Assembly: GCA_031401035.1 (NCBI GenBank)
Contig: JANNRA010000116.1
Coordinates: 1 to 46,941, forward strand
Reading direction: 5' to 3'
DNA length: 46,941 nucleotides
From: a bacterium
GTDB lineage: Bacteria > Desulfobacterota > Binatia > HRBIN30 > CADEER01
Shown here: piece after piece, positions 24,842 through 34,775 of the stretch
Layout of the letters: every line of letters starts with the position of its first letter
Numbering within the stretch: position 1 is the stretch's first letter
The notes under the pieces: generated by a model
Told to the model about the DNA's origin: nothing
Database searches by the model: none
The model's input: only the letters and a program-made list of their open reading frames with translations
Made by a program: the position numbers and the translations under genes

Positions 24842-27800
24842 CTAGGGAATCCGTCTGAGATCCGCTTCGGCTGCCGCCAGCCACAGCGACATCGCGGTCG
24901 AGCGGAAGAGGTCTACGGCTGCCGAGAGATCAACGCGGGCCCGGCCGTGGTCCCCGACGCGGTGCCGGTGGCGTCCGCGCCCCAGGTGGCAGTGGGCTCG
25001 CAGCGGCACCATTCCGAGCTCCTCAGCCAGAGCAAGCGCATCGTGGTACAAAATCTCCGCCTCGGCGGGCCCCTCGCCGCATGCAGTGTCCGCCAGCAGC
25101 CGCAGGGCCCACGCCTCGTAGCCTCGCTCGCCGCGCTGGCGCGTCAGTCCGATCGCACGCTGGGCGAGCGCCTGGGCTTCCTCGATGCGCCCGCTCAGTA
25201 GCTGGGCCTCGGCGAGGAAGACGAGCGACGGGGATTCAGAATGTATGGGTTGGAAGACGCGGACGGAGCCGTCGAGTAGCTCGACGCCCTCCGTCGGGCG
25301 ACCAGACAACGCGTATCCATAGCCCAGCAACCCCGCGAGTGCGGCGGCGAGCAACGGCGCCTCCTGCTCATGGCAGAGACTCAGACCGCGCTCCAGGACG
25401 GCAAGCGCGCTGCTCAGCTCTCCTTGGCGGAGGTGGAGAAATCCAAGGCCGAAGCAGGCGTGCGACAGACCATAGGTTCGGCCCGCCGTCTCGGCGATGC
25501 GGATCGCCTCTTCGCCGTGCGCGAGCCCCTCGGCAAACTCGCCGAGCTCGGCCAGCGAGCAGCTCATCCCGGCGCGTGAGTAGATCTGTTGCGCCGCCCG
25601 ATCCCCGCGGCCGGTCAATTCGCCCTCCAGAGACTCGATGCTCTGGCGCATGAGATCGGCCGCACGCTGATACTGCCCGACCGCGTGGCAGGCCAGCCCG
25701 TGAAACAGATGCACCGCGATGCGCAGCCTCGGTTCGGCCAGGGCCTCGGCGATGGCGACGGCGCGCTGCCCTACCTGTACGGCTTTGTCCTGCTCGCCGA
25801 GCAACAGATGGCTGCTGGTCCGGTACGCCAGGACCCAGCCGAGACGAAGGCGGTCCCCGAGAGTCTCGGCCACGGCCTCCGCCGCCCGGAGGTGATCGGA
25901 GATCTGGCCTATCTCGCCGACCGCGACACACGAGTTGCGCAGGGCGAAGCGCAGGTCGATGGCCTGCTCGAGCAGATCGCGACGACTCGGGAGATGCCGC
26001 AGCGCTTCCAGCCCCTGCTCGAAACACGCCATCGCCTGGCGATGCGCCGACCGCCTGGCCGCCGTCAGCCCGGCCTGACGCAGGTAGGGCAGCGCCCTCT
26101 CCCATAGCCCTGCGCTGCGGCAGTGTCTGCCGAGGGCGACGCAGTGCGGGTCGAGGTCATCCCGGTAGAGATCTTCGATGGCGTCCACCACCAACGCGTG
26201 CAGCAGCCTTCGGCGCGGCGCGATCAGCTGATCGTAGGCGACCTCGCGCATCCGGTCGTGGGTGAAGTCGAGGCGTTCGCCGACGACGTGCAGGATGCGC
26301 CGCGCCACCAGCTCTTCCACCGCTGCCGCCGCGGCGTGGGTGCCGATCGCCGCCGCGCGGTCGAGCAGCGCGAAGTCGCACTCGCGCCCGACGACGCTGA
26401 CGATCGCGGCGAGTTGCCGCCCGGACTCACTCAGCCGCTCGAGGCGTGTGGCGATGACGTCGCGCACGCGGCGCGGGGTGCGCAGCTCGTCGCCGCGACC
26501 GGCGGCGTCCTCGTAGAGCGCCCGCATCGTCTCCACGACCATGAACGGGTTTCCCTCGCTGACGCGCCAGATCTGCGCGCCGAGGTGGCGCACGGCAGGA
26601 TCGTCGGTTCCGGCGCGGCACAACGTCCGCACCAACTCCGCCGTGTGCGGCTCGGTCAACGGCGACAGGGTGAGCGCGCACACGTCGGCCCCGCCGTGCA
26701 GTTCGACCAGCGTGCGCCGGAGCAGCGGTGCGTCGATGACGTCCTCGCTGCGCGCCGTCGCCACGAGCAGCACCGACCACTCCGACAGACGGCGGCTGAC
26801 GAAGGCGAGCAGCCTGAGGGTCATTTCGTCGGCCCAGTGGATGTCCTCGAGAATCAGCAGCAGTGGCCGCTCGGTCGCGAGGGTACCGATGACCTGGGCG
26901 ATGGCCTCGAACAAGCGCACGTAGTCTTCGGCGTCCGCCACCGCGCGCGTCGATGCGCCGAGTTCCGGAAAGAGCCGCGCCAGCTCGGCCACCCAGATCG
27001 CCTTCGCGTCGCGCTGCGCCGCCAGCTCGGCAATCACCCGCCCGGAGCGCAGGGCATCGGCCCAGGGGCCGAAGGGCAGGATCTGTTCGCTGTCGTGGGC
27101 GCGACCGAGGAGGACGCGTCCGCCGCCGGCGATCACGGCGCCGACGAGGTCGGCGACGAGCCGACTCTTGCCGGTGCCCGTCTCGCCCAGGATCACGGCG
27201 ATCCGTCCGCGCCGCTGCCGCGCCTGCTCCCATGCCTCGCGCAGCGTCGCGCTCTCCTCCTGGCGCCCGACCAGCGGGGTCGCGGGAGTCACCGCGGCCG
27301 CTCCGAGGTCGTTGCCGTCGGGGTGGGCGGACGCGGCGGAGGGCGGTGGGGCTACCGCCGGCACGGAATCCGCGTCGGCGCCCTCGAGGATCTCCTGGTA
27401 GACCTGACGCGTCGTCGCCTCCGGCTCGACCCCGAGCTCGCGCTGCAGGACGTCGACGCAGACCTGGTACTGGCGCAGCGCCACCCCGCGACGCCCTTGC
27501 CGCGCATAGAGGCGCATCAGCGTCCGGTGCACGGCCTCCCGCAGCGGATCGAGGCTGAGCAGGCGCGCGGCGATCGGGATGGCCTGCGCAATCGGACCAG
27601 CCTGGACGTGATGTGCGAGCAGTTGGGCGAGTGACTCGACGGCCAACTCACGCAGGCGTTCTCGCTGGGTGATCAGCCAGTCCTCGAACGGGCTCTCCTG
27701 GACGCTCAGTCCGGCGAGGAACTCGCCGCGGTAGAGCGCGCACGCTTCGCTGAGCGCCGCGACGGTTCCCCGTGCCACCAGGTCCTCGAACGCCGCGACA

Positions 27801-28105
27801 TCGACGTCCGCCGCCGCCTGATTCAAGCTCACCGTGTCGGGTCCGATGGTGAGGAGTTCCCCTTGTGGCGACGGCAGGGCCTGCTTGATCGCCAGCAGGG
27901 CCTGCCGCAGGCTCTGTCGCGCCTGCCCGTCCGTGCTCTCGCCCCAGAGGAGCGCCGCCAACGTGTCGCGGCGGTGGACGCGCTGCGGTTGGACGGCCAC
28001 GTAGGCCAGCAGAGCCTGGGCTTTTCGGCGCGCCAGGATGACCGCGGCTCCGGTGCCCCGCCGAGCGTCAAAGCCACCGAGCAGGTTGAGCCGGATCGGC
28101 AACAT
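24842..28105 (-). CDS. SARP-family (AfsR-like) transcriptional regulator with BTAD, AAA/NB-ARC ATPase and TPR domains (STAND architecture)
   Basis: N-terminal OmpR-type wHTH + BTAD (LPIRLNLLGGFDARRG...), Walker A ILGETGTGKSRLV, and long TPR-like C-terminus. Start set at MLPIRL (28105); the track ORF extends to 28327. Confidence 0.7.
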   Translation of the reverse strand: MLPIRLNLLGGFDARRGTGAAVILARRKAQALLAYVAVQPQRVHRRDTLAALLWGESTDGQARQSLRQALLAIKQALPSPQGELLTIGPDTVSLNQAAADVDVAAFEDLVARGTVAALSEACALYRGEFLAGLSVQESPFEDWLITQRERLRELAVESLAQLLAHHVQAGPIAQAIPIAARLLSLDPLREAVHRTLMRLYARQGRRGVALRQYQVCVDVLQRELGVEPEATTRQVYQEILEGADADSVPAVAPPPSAASAHPDGNDLGAAAVTPATPLVGRQEESATLREAWEQARQRRGRIAVILGETGTGKSRLVADLVGAVIAGGGRVLLGRAHDSEQILPFGPWADALRSGRVIAELAAQRDAKAIWVAELARLFPELGASTRAVADAEDYVRLFEAIAQVIGTLATERPLLLILEDIHWADEMTLRLLAFVSRRLSEWSVLLVATARSEDVIDAPLLRRTLVELHGGADVCALTLSPLTEPHTAELVRTLCRAGTDDPAVRHLGAQIWRVSEGNPFMVVETMRALYEDAAGRGDELRTPRRVRDVIATRLERLSESGRQLAAIVSVVGRECDFALLDRAAAIGTHAAAAAVEELVARRILHVVGERLDFTHDRMREVAYDQLIAPRRRLLHALVVDAIEDLYRDDLDPHCVALGRHCRSAGLWERALPYLRQAGLTAARRSAHRQAMACFEQGLEALRHLPSRRDLLEQAIDLRFALRNSCVAVGEIGQISDHLRAAEAVAETLGDRLRLGWVLAYRTSSHLLLGEQDKAVQVGQRAVAIAEALAEPRLRIAVHLFHGLACHAVGQYQRAADLMRQSIESLEGELTGRGDRAAQQIYSRAGMSCSLAELGEFAEGLAHGEEAIRIAETAGRTYGLSHACFGLGFLHLRQGELSSALAVLERGLSLCHEQEAPLLAAALAGLLGYGYALSGRPTEGVELLDGSVRVFQPIHSESPSLVFLAEAQLLSGRIEEAQALAQRAIGLTRQRGERGYEAWALRLLADTACGEGPAEAEILYHDALALAEELGMVPLRAHCHLGRGRHRHRVGDHGRARVDLSAAVDLFRSTAMSLWLAAAEADLRRIP

Positions 28106-28369
28106 CAGTTCACACGACGGCTCGGGGCCTAGCACGGTCGGGCCCGCACTGCCTAGCGACGCCATCGGCCCGTCACACCGCGTGTGACGTTCCTGTGACG
28201 GGCTCGATGTACAGCCGGCTGCATGCAACCAGACCAATCTCCGATGACCTTCGTCGTCCGTGTCACCGTAGCCGCCGACGGCGATGTGAACGGTGTCGTG
28301 GAACGACCGAAAACCGGCGAGAAGCACCGCTTTCAGGGCGCCGCTGCGTTGGGCGCTGTCGTCGTGCAG

Positions 28370-29674
28370 ATGGCCAGGAGGGCGGCCCAGGTGGCTACCC
28401 TCCTGGCGCTGATCGCGGCGGCCACGACCGGCCCCGCCACGGCGCAGCTCGCGACGCGGACGTTCACCCCGACCGCGCTGCGAACCCCCACAAGCACTGC
28501 GACGGCGACCTTCACATCGGCAAACATGTTCTCCACACTCACAGCCACGGCGACCTTCACCAGCACTGCACTGCCGACCGCCACGAACACCCCGTCCCCC
28601 GTGCCCACCGCAACGCGCACCCGGACGGCAACCTCCACCCTCACCCGAACCTCGACCCCCACCCCGTCCGCCGTGCCGACCGACACGCGCACCCGGACGG
28701 CGACCTTCACGCCGACGGCGCTGCCGACCGCTTCGCCGACGATCCCGCTCGGGCTGAGCATCGGCGACGTTGCCATCCTGGAGGGCGACACCGGCACGCG
28801 ATCGGCGGTTTTCGTCGTCCGCCTGCGTAGCCCGGCCGCGTTCCCGGTTTCGGTCAGCGCCAAGACCGCGGACGGCACCGCGACGGCCGGCTCCGACTAC
28901 GATGCGTCGAGCACGCTTCTGCTATTCAATTCGTTCGAGACGCAGAAGACCGTCTCCGTCACCATCCGTGGCGATCGGCTTCTCGAGCCGAGCGAGGCGT
29001 TCACCGTCAGGCTCAGCGGGGCGGTCGGCGCCCCGCTCGGCGACCCCCTCGCCATCGGCACGATTCTCAACGACGAAGGGCTCCTCGTCGGCGTCCCGGA
29101 GCTGTTCCCCGCCAACCCCGCCACCGGGCCGGACGCGCCGACGAGCCTGCTCCTGCATTGGGCGCATCCGGATCGCTGGCGGGCGCTGAACACGGTCGAC
29201 CTGCGTCTGGTCGACGGCGACCAGCCGGTGCTCTGGGCGCGCTTCGACGAAGCGGCCAACACGCTCGCCGCCTGCGACGCCGACGGCGGCTGCGCAGCGG
29301 GTGTCCCGCCGGGTACCGGCGCGCCGATCGTCAGCGAGACGGCGACCTTCTACCCGGCCGAGAGCGCCGTGCGCGGCAGCGGCCCCACCGGGCCGAGCGT
29401 CGACCTGATCTTCACCTTCAGCGTCGCCCGGTCGCTCGGCGGTCGCGTGCTGCGGGTCGAGACCGCCGCCACCGAGGACTCCGGGGAGGAGCAGGGGTTC
29501 CAGCCCATCGGGTATCTCACCGTCATCGGGGCCAGCGTGCCGACCACCGACGACGACGGCTGTGCGATCGACCCGGCGCGCGGCGGCGGACGCCAGAGCC
29601 AGGGGTTCCTTGCGCTCGGGCTGCTGGCGCTCGTCAGACTCGCAACCCGGTGCCGTCGAGGACAGGGGCGATGA
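28370..29674 (+). CDS. Secreted protein with Thr/Pro-rich linker, Calx-beta domain and C-terminal Gly-rich/TM/basic tail
   Basis: Signal [26 protein letters not shown]; TPT/TRT low-complexity linker; Calx-beta-like [11 protein letters not shown]...[22 protein letters not shown]; tail [30 protein letters not shown]. Confidence 0.6.
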   Translation: MARRAAQVATLLALIAAATTGPATAQLATRTFTPTALRTPTSTATATFTSANMFSTLTATATFTSTALPTATNTPSPVPTATRTRTATSTLTRTSTPTPSAVPTDTRTRTATFTPTALPTASPTIPLGLSIGDVAILEGDTGTRSAVFVVRLRSPAAFPVSVSAKTADGTATAGSDYDASSTLLLFNSFETQKTVSVTIRGDRLLEPSEAFTVRLSGAVGAPLGDPLAIGTILNDEGLLVGVPELFPANPATGPDAPTSLLLHWAHPDRWRALNTVDLRLVDGDQPVLWARFDEAANTLAACDADGGCAAGVPPGTGAPIVSETATFYPAESAVRGSGPTGPSVDLIFTFSVARSLGGRVLRVETAATEDSGEEQGFQPIGYLTVIGASVPTTDDDGCAIDPARGGGRQSQGFLALGLLALVRLATRCRRGQGR

Positions 29675-30792
29675 CGAACCGGTCAGCGATGCGGCGGCGT
29701 TTGGCTCTCCTCGGGCTGGGGGTGGCCTTGTCGGCGCTGACTCCAGTCGGTGCTTCGGCGTTCTGCTCGAGCCAAAGCGATTGCGAGGACGGCTTGTTCT
29801 GCACGGTCGACGACTGCTTCCTCGGCTTTTGCGTTCGCACCGGGCGGATCTGCGCCGATCTCAACTTTCAGTGCACCGCCGACAGTTGCAACGAGAGCGG
29901 GAACCGGTGCGAACATACCGTGGTGGTCGACCGCCCATGCGAGGATTTCGACATCTCCACAGTCAGAGACACGTGCAACCCGGACGGCAGTTGCCGGGGG
30001 ACGGTTGGAGTCCCAATGGCCGGGACGTGTGACAGCGACTCCGACTGCTCAGCAGGACTGATCTGTTCCGCGGGGAGTTGCATAGAGGGAAATTTCCCGG
30101 ACGACGATACGCAGACCCCGACCCGGACCGCGACGCGGACCGCGACGCGGACGCCGAGGCCAACCCGCGTGAAAACGCAGACGCAGACGCCGACGAGGAC
30201 CGCCACCCGCCCCCCCACGGCAACGCACACGCACACGCCGACACGGACCGGCACCCACACCCCCACCCGCACGGCAACGAACACCCACACGCCGTCGTCG
30301 ACGCCGACCAACACCCGCAGGCTCACCAGGACACCGAGCCTGACCCCGACACCAACCAGCAGCGCAACACCAACATCGTCCTCGACCCCGACCGCAACGG
30401 CTTCTGAGGGCGCCACCGCGGTCCCGACGCGGACGGACACCGTCACACCGACGGCAACGGCCGCCGATGCGCCCACCGCATCGCCTTCGCCAGCCCCAAC
30501 CACCCCGGTGGAACAGCCGACCGATGCGCCGACAGCCTCGCCCACGCTCACGCCGCCCGACGCGGTCCCATCCCCGACGCCCTCGCCCAGCCCGACGCTG
30601 GCGGCGCCGTGCCCCGGCGACTGCGACGGCGATGCGGCGGTCGGGGTCAACGAAGTGGTGCTCGGCGTCAACATCGCGCTGAACGCCCTGCCGATCGGCG
30701 CCTGTCCACCGTTCGACACCAACGCCAGCGGCGCGGTCGAAATCACCGAGGTCATCGCCGCCGTGAGTGCCGCGTTGCTCGGATGCGGGTGA
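29671..30792 (+). CDS. Secreted Cys-rich protein with long Thr/Pro/Arg linker and C-terminal dockerin-like Ca-binding module
   Basis: ATGA overlap with the upstream gene; signal [30 protein letters not shown]; Cys-rich N-domain; C-terminal [24 protein letters not shown]...[24 protein letters not shown]. Confidence 0.55.
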   Translation: MTNRSAMRRRLALLGLGVALSALTPVGASAFCSSQSDCEDGLFCTVDDCFLGFCVRTGRICADLNFQCTADSCNESGNRCEHTVVVDRPCEDFDISTVRDTCNPDGSCRGTVGVPMAGTCDSDSDCSAGLICSAGSCIEGNFPDDDTQTPTRTATRTATRTPRPTRVKTQTQTPTRTATRPPTATHTHTPTRTGTHTPTRTATNTHTPSSTPTNTRRLTRTPSLTPTPTSSATPTSSSTPTATASEGATAVPTRTDTVTPTATAADAPTASPSPAPTTPVEQPTDAPTASPTLTPPDAVPSPTPSPSPTLAAPCPGDCDGDAAVGVNEVVLGVNIALNALPIGACPPFDTNASGAVEITEVIAAVSAALLGCG

Positions 30793-30955
30793 GGTGCGGG
30801 GTCTCGCACGCGGCTTCTCGCCTCGCCTCCAGCGGGCGCAGGGCGACGCACTGGGGCTGGCGCGCTCGCACAGCCACGTGATCTTTCTCCTGATGCCATC
30901 CGCCACTCGCGGCGACCTCCGGCGGCCGCGCCGTGCTGGAGGACGGCGTCTTCGG

Positions 30956-31924
30956 TCAGGGAGAGGGGACCGCGCGTGCTGAGATACCCACCGCGTCCTC
31001 GGGCCAGAACGGCGCGAATTGAAACCACTGCTGCGGAAACTCGCGCACCATGGCTTCGAGCTCGGCCACCACGGCGCGCATGGCGCGGTCGAGCGCCGCG
31101 TCGTCATGCGCCGCGCGCGGCAGGGTGACGCGGGCGCCGAGGCGGACGCCGTAATGGCGCCGGCCGAGGCGCGGGAAGAAGATGGGCAGGATCGGCGCGC
31201 CGGCGAGGCGGGCGAGGACGAACGGGCCGGAGGGAAAGGGCGCCGCCGCGCCGAAGAACGGCACCAGCCGCATGCCGTCGGCGGCGCCGGCGGTGCGGTC
31301 GAGCTGGATGGCGACGATCTCGTTGTCGCGCAGAGCGCGCAGCATGTTCAGCGACGAGAAGACCGAACTGTCCGCGTAGAGCACGCGCACGCCGGCGCGG
31401 GCGCGGATGGCCTCGGCGTAGCCGCCGGTGGTGGCGTTGGCCTCGTGTGCCATGACCACGTTGAACGGTCGATCGTAGGCGCGCAGCGTCTGCGCCGCCA
31501 GGTCCCAGTTGCCGAAGTGGCCGGTGACCAGCACCACTCCGCGCCCGTCGTGCAACGCCTCGGCGATCAGGTCGCGCGGCGGGGCGTCGATGCGCACCGC
31601 CGGCGGCCGGGGCCCGCACGACTCGAGCGTTTCCGTCAAACAGTGCGCGAACTCGGCGAACATGCCGAGCGCCGCACGGCGCACCTGGCGCGGGTCGGGC
31701 TCGCCCGTCCGCGGGTCGGTCAGGATGCGCCGCAGGTTGGCCATCGCACCGCGTCGATTGCGGCCGACGGCGGCGAAGATGATCGCGGCGATCAGCGGCG
31801 GCGAACCGCGCTTCCACCAGTCGGGGCCGTAGACGCAGCCGAGATAGGCGAAGCGCCGCCAGAACACGCCGTCGAAGCGGAGAGCGGCCGCGAGGCCGGC
31901 GACGGCGCCGCGCTGCATGCGCAT
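30956..31924 (-). CDS. Lysophospholipid/lipid A acyltransferase (LpxL/HtrB family)
   Basis: GHFGNWD (HX4D) motif and family-typical length of 322 aa; start at MRMQRG. The longer track ORF extension overlaps the divergent GT2 gene. Confidence 0.65.
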   Translation of the reverse strand: MRMQRGAVAGLAAALRFDGVFWRRFAYLGCVYGPDWWKRGSPPLIAAIIFAAVGRNRRGAMANLRRILTDPRTGEPDPRQVRRAALGMFAEFAHCLTETLESCGPRPPAVRIDAPPRDLIAEALHDGRGVVLVTGHFGNWDLAAQTLRAYDRPFNVVMAHEANATTGGYAEAIRARAGVRVLYADSSVFSSLNMLRALRDNEIVAIQLDRTAGAADGMRLVPFFGAAAPFPSGPFVLARLAGAPILPIFFPRLGRRHYGVRLGARVTLPRAAHDDAALDRAMRAVVAELEAMVREFPQQWFQFAPFWPEDAVGISARAVPSP

Positions 31925-32011
31925 CGGGCTAGCACAGCGAGCGCGGTGTGACACTCCGACGCAGGGCGACGGGCGGCGAACGGGCGGCGTCTCTCTGCTA
32001 CAGCTCTGCCG

Positions 32012-32695
32012 ATGGTGCGTGACGATGTGGCGGTGCTGATCCCGGCCTACGATTGCGCGGCGACGATCGCGGCGGTGGTCGCGGCGGCGCGGACGCATGC
32101 GGCGCAGGTCCTGGTGGTCGACGACGGCTCGCACGACGAAACCGCGGCGTGCGCCGCGACGGCCGGTGCGGAGGTGCTGCGCCTGAGCGAGAACCGCGGC
32201 AAGGGCGCGGCACTGCGGACGGGCCTGGCGCGCCTGGCGGACGCCGGGGTCCGCCGCGTCCTGAGCATGGACGGCGACGGCCAGCACCTCGGGGACGAGA
32301 TCCCGCGCCTGCTGGCCGCGTCCGACGCGGCGCCGACGGCGCTGATCATCGGCGCCCGGCGCGTCGACGGCCAGCCGGTGCACCCGATCAAGCTGTTCGG
32401 CAACCGCTTCGCCAACCGCTGGGTGGCGATCGCCTGCGGCTGCGCCCTGCCGGACACGCAGTCGGGCTTCCGCATCTACCCGCTGCCCGAAACCCTGCGG
32501 CTGGGGGCGCGCGCCGAGCGCTTCGCCTTCGAGACCGAGGTCCTGATCCGCGCCGCGCGCGTCGACATGGCGATCCACTCCGTGCCGGTGGCGGTCTACT
32601 ATCCGCCGCCCGCGCAGCGCCTCAGCCACTACCGCCCGTGGCGCGACACGCTGCGCATCATAGCCGTGGTGGTCGGCCTCATCCTGCGGCGCTGA
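32012..32695 (+). CDS. Family 2 glycosyltransferase
   Basis: VLIPAYDCAATI...VVDDGSHDET...SMDGDGQH DXD-type GT-A motifs. Confidence 0.7.
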   Translation: MVRDDVAVLIPAYDCAATIAAVVAAARTHAAQVLVVDDGSHDETAACAATAGAEVLRLSENRGKGAALRTGLARLADAGVRRVLSMDGDGQHLGDEIPRLLAASDAAPTALIIGARRVDGQPVHPIKLFGNRFANRWVAIACGCALPDTQSGFRIYPLPETLRLGARAERFAFETEVLIRAARVDMAIHSVPVAVYYPPPAQRLSHYRPWRDTLRIIAVVVGLILRR

Positions 32696-32737
32696 CGGAC
32701 GCGCGCAGGCGGGCGCGCCGACCGCCGCGCCCGCCGT

Positions 32738-33445
32738 TCACAGCAGCCGCCCCAACAGCGCCGGCACGGCGTGCTCGACCCGCAGCGGCCGCACGCCGAG
32801 ACTGACCAGCCGACACCCCGCCGCCTGCAGGGCGTCGAGCTCGTACTGGGTGAAGCCCCCCTCGGGGCCGACGACCAGGGTCGCGTGCGCGCCGACGCCG
32901 CGCGGACACGGCGTGGCGGCGCCCGGATCGGCGGCGAGGCCGCGTGAGTCCGCCAGCAGTCCGGCCAGCTCGTCCTCGACGAACGGCTTGAAGCGCCGCC
33001 GCTGCTCGACGAGGGGCACGATCGTGTCGCCGCCCTGCTCGAGGCCGAGCAGCAGCTGCTCGCGCAGCGCCGTCGCGGCGAGCAACGGGCTGTGCCAGAA
33101 GCTCTTCTCCACCCGCCAGGTTTCGAGCAGCCAGATCTCCTTGACGCCGAAGGCGGCGGCGCACTGCAAGACGCGTCGCAGTGCCTTCGGACGCGGCAGG
33201 GCGAGCAGCAGGCGCAGCGGCGCGGGCGGCGGCGGCGGGCGATCGAGGCGGACGACGAGAATTGCCGCGTCGTCGTCGAGCCCGACCAGCTCGCCGGTAC
33301 CGCAGGCGCCGTCGACGCGCCCGACCCGCAGCGTGTCGCCGACCGCGGCGCGGTGCACCAACCGCAGGTGCGCCAGGCGGCGGCCGGTAAGGCGGACGCG
33401 ATCAACGGCGATGAAGTCGTCGTCGTGCAGCAGGACCAGGTTCAT
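32738..33445 (-). CDS. rsmE: 16S rRNA (uracil1498-N3)-methyltransferase RsmE
   Basis: RsmE family motifs LVVGPEGGF and the C-terminal SPOUT-like region; start MNLVLL. Confidence 0.75.
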   Translation of the reverse strand: MNLVLLHDDDFIAVDRVRLTGRRLAHLRLVHRAAVGDTLRVGRVDGACGTGELVGLDDDAAILVVRLDRPPPPPAPLRLLLALPRPKALRRVLQCAAAFGVKEIWLLETWRVEKSFWHSPLLAATALREQLLLGLEQGGDTIVPLVEQRRRFKPFVEDELAGLLADSRGLAADPGAATPCPRGVGAHATLVVGPEGGFTQYELDALQAAGCRLVSLGVRPLRVEHAVPALLGRLL

Positions 33446-33566
33446 GGCGCGGCGCCCCGACGCCACGGCGCGACGGCAGGGCCGCACCGGTCGACGCCGA
33501 GATCGAGGCGGTTGCGCAGCGCGGCTGACGGAGCCTGATCGGAGACGATGCGCGGTCGCGGCATTA

Positions 33567-34187
33567 TCAGACCCGGCGCGCGTCCGACTCGGGGTAGCGA
33601 CACTCCATGTGTCGCGCCGTGGCGCGGGCGACGGGCTCGCCGTGCAGGCGGGCGACGACGCGCAGCGCCATGTCGATGCCGGCGCTGATGCCGGCGGAGG
33701 TGATCACATGGCCGTCCTCGACCCAGTGCCGGTCGCGTTCGACCGTGACGCGCGGAAAGCGCTCGGTCATCCAGTCGAGCGACCGCCAGTGCGTCGTGGC
33801 ACGGCGACCGTCGAGCAGGCCGGCTTCGCCGAGCAACATGGCGCCGGTGCACACCGACGTCAGCGTCGCGACGTTGGCGCCGCGGGCGGCGATCCAGTCG
33901 ATGAGGACGCGATTGGCGATCTCGCGGCGCGTGCCCCAGCCGCCGGGAACGACCAGCAGGTCGAGCGCCGGGCAGCTCGCCAGATCGTGATCCGGGAGCA
34001 CGCGCAGGCCGCCGGTGGCGGTGACCGGCTGCGTGCGCTCGGCGACCAGCAGCACCTCGAACGGCGACGGCGTCTCGCGTCGCATCTCCTCGTCGAGCCG
34101 CGTCACCGCGAAGACTTCGAACGGCCCGCAGACGTCGAGCACCTCGACCTCGGGAAAGACCAGAATGCCGACGCGACGACGGGTCAT
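33567..34187 (-). CDS. DJ-1/PfpI (ThiJ) family protein
   Basis: Nucleophile elbow TSVCTGAMLLGEAGLL with the conserved Cys; family fold length of 206 aa. Confidence 0.75.
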   Translation of the reverse strand: MTRRRVGILVFPEVEVLDVCGPFEVFAVTRLDEEMRRETPSPFEVLLVAERTQPVTATGGLRVLPDHDLASCPALDLLVVPGGWGTRREIANRVLIDWIAARGANVATLTSVCTGAMLLGEAGLLDGRRATTHWRSLDWMTERFPRVTVERDRHWVEDGHVITSAGISAGIDMALRVVARLHGEPVARATARHMECRYPESDARRV

Positions 34188-34217
34188 GTCGCCTCCAGAA
34201 TCATGCGCCCTGCACCG

Positions 34218-34775
34218 TCAGACCGCCTCGATGAGACGCAAGCCGCCCGGCGCCGCGGCGCCGTCGGCCGGTTCGATGACATAGCGCACGCAGTCGAGGC
34301 CGTGATAGGGCGCGCGTTCCACGAAGCGCATGCCGAGGCGGCGCATCACCGCCTCCGAGCGGGTATTGGGCGCGTCGGTCAGCGCCCAGACGCGCGGCAG
34401 GGCCAGGCGCGTGAAGGCGACATGGATCCAGGCGGCCGCCGCCTCGGTGATCAGGCCGGCGCCCCAGTGCGCCGGCAGCAGGCCGTACATGAGTTCCACC
34501 TCGCTCGGCTCGGCCATGTGCTTGAGGCCACAGAAGCCGATCAGGGCCGCCGCGTCGCGCCGCGCCAGCGCCCAGTGGCCGAAGCCGTGCGCCTGCGTGC
34601 AGGCGATGCTGGCGCGCATCGCCTCGGCGGCGGCGCCGCGCGCGATGACGGTATCGTCCCAGAGGAAGCGGCGCACCTGCGCATCGGTCCACAGCCGATG
34701 CAGCGCCTCGAGGTCCGCCTCGACGTACGGCCGCATACGCAGCCGTGCCGTCTCGATGGCAATCAGGCGCGCCAT
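34218..34775 (-). CDS. GNAT family N-acetyltransferase (RimJ/RimL-like)
   Basis: RLRMRPYVEADLEALHRLW N-terminus and acetyl-CoA-binding-like core. Confidence 0.65.
   Translation of the reverse strand: MARLIAIETARLRMRPYVEADLEALHRLWTDAQVRRFLWDDTVIARGAAAEAMRASIACTQAHGFGHWALARRDAAALIGFCGLKHMAEPSEVELMYGLLPAHWGAGLITEAAAAWIHVAFTRLALPRVWALTDAPNTRSEAVMRRLGMRFVERAPYHGLDCVRYVIEPADGAAAPGGLRLIEAV

Noticed and set aside
28106-28327. 74-codon N-terminal extension of the SARP regulator (MLLAGFRSFH...)
   Set aside because: SARP/OmpR-type wHTH domains start directly with the MLxIRLLGxF-like segment found at 28105, and the extension has no recognisable domain. It is kept as an alternative start only.
31925-32629. 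Upstream extension of the LpxL-like ORF to 557 aa
   Set aside because: It overlaps the well-supported divergent GT2 gene on the opposite strand and has antisense GC-artefact composition.
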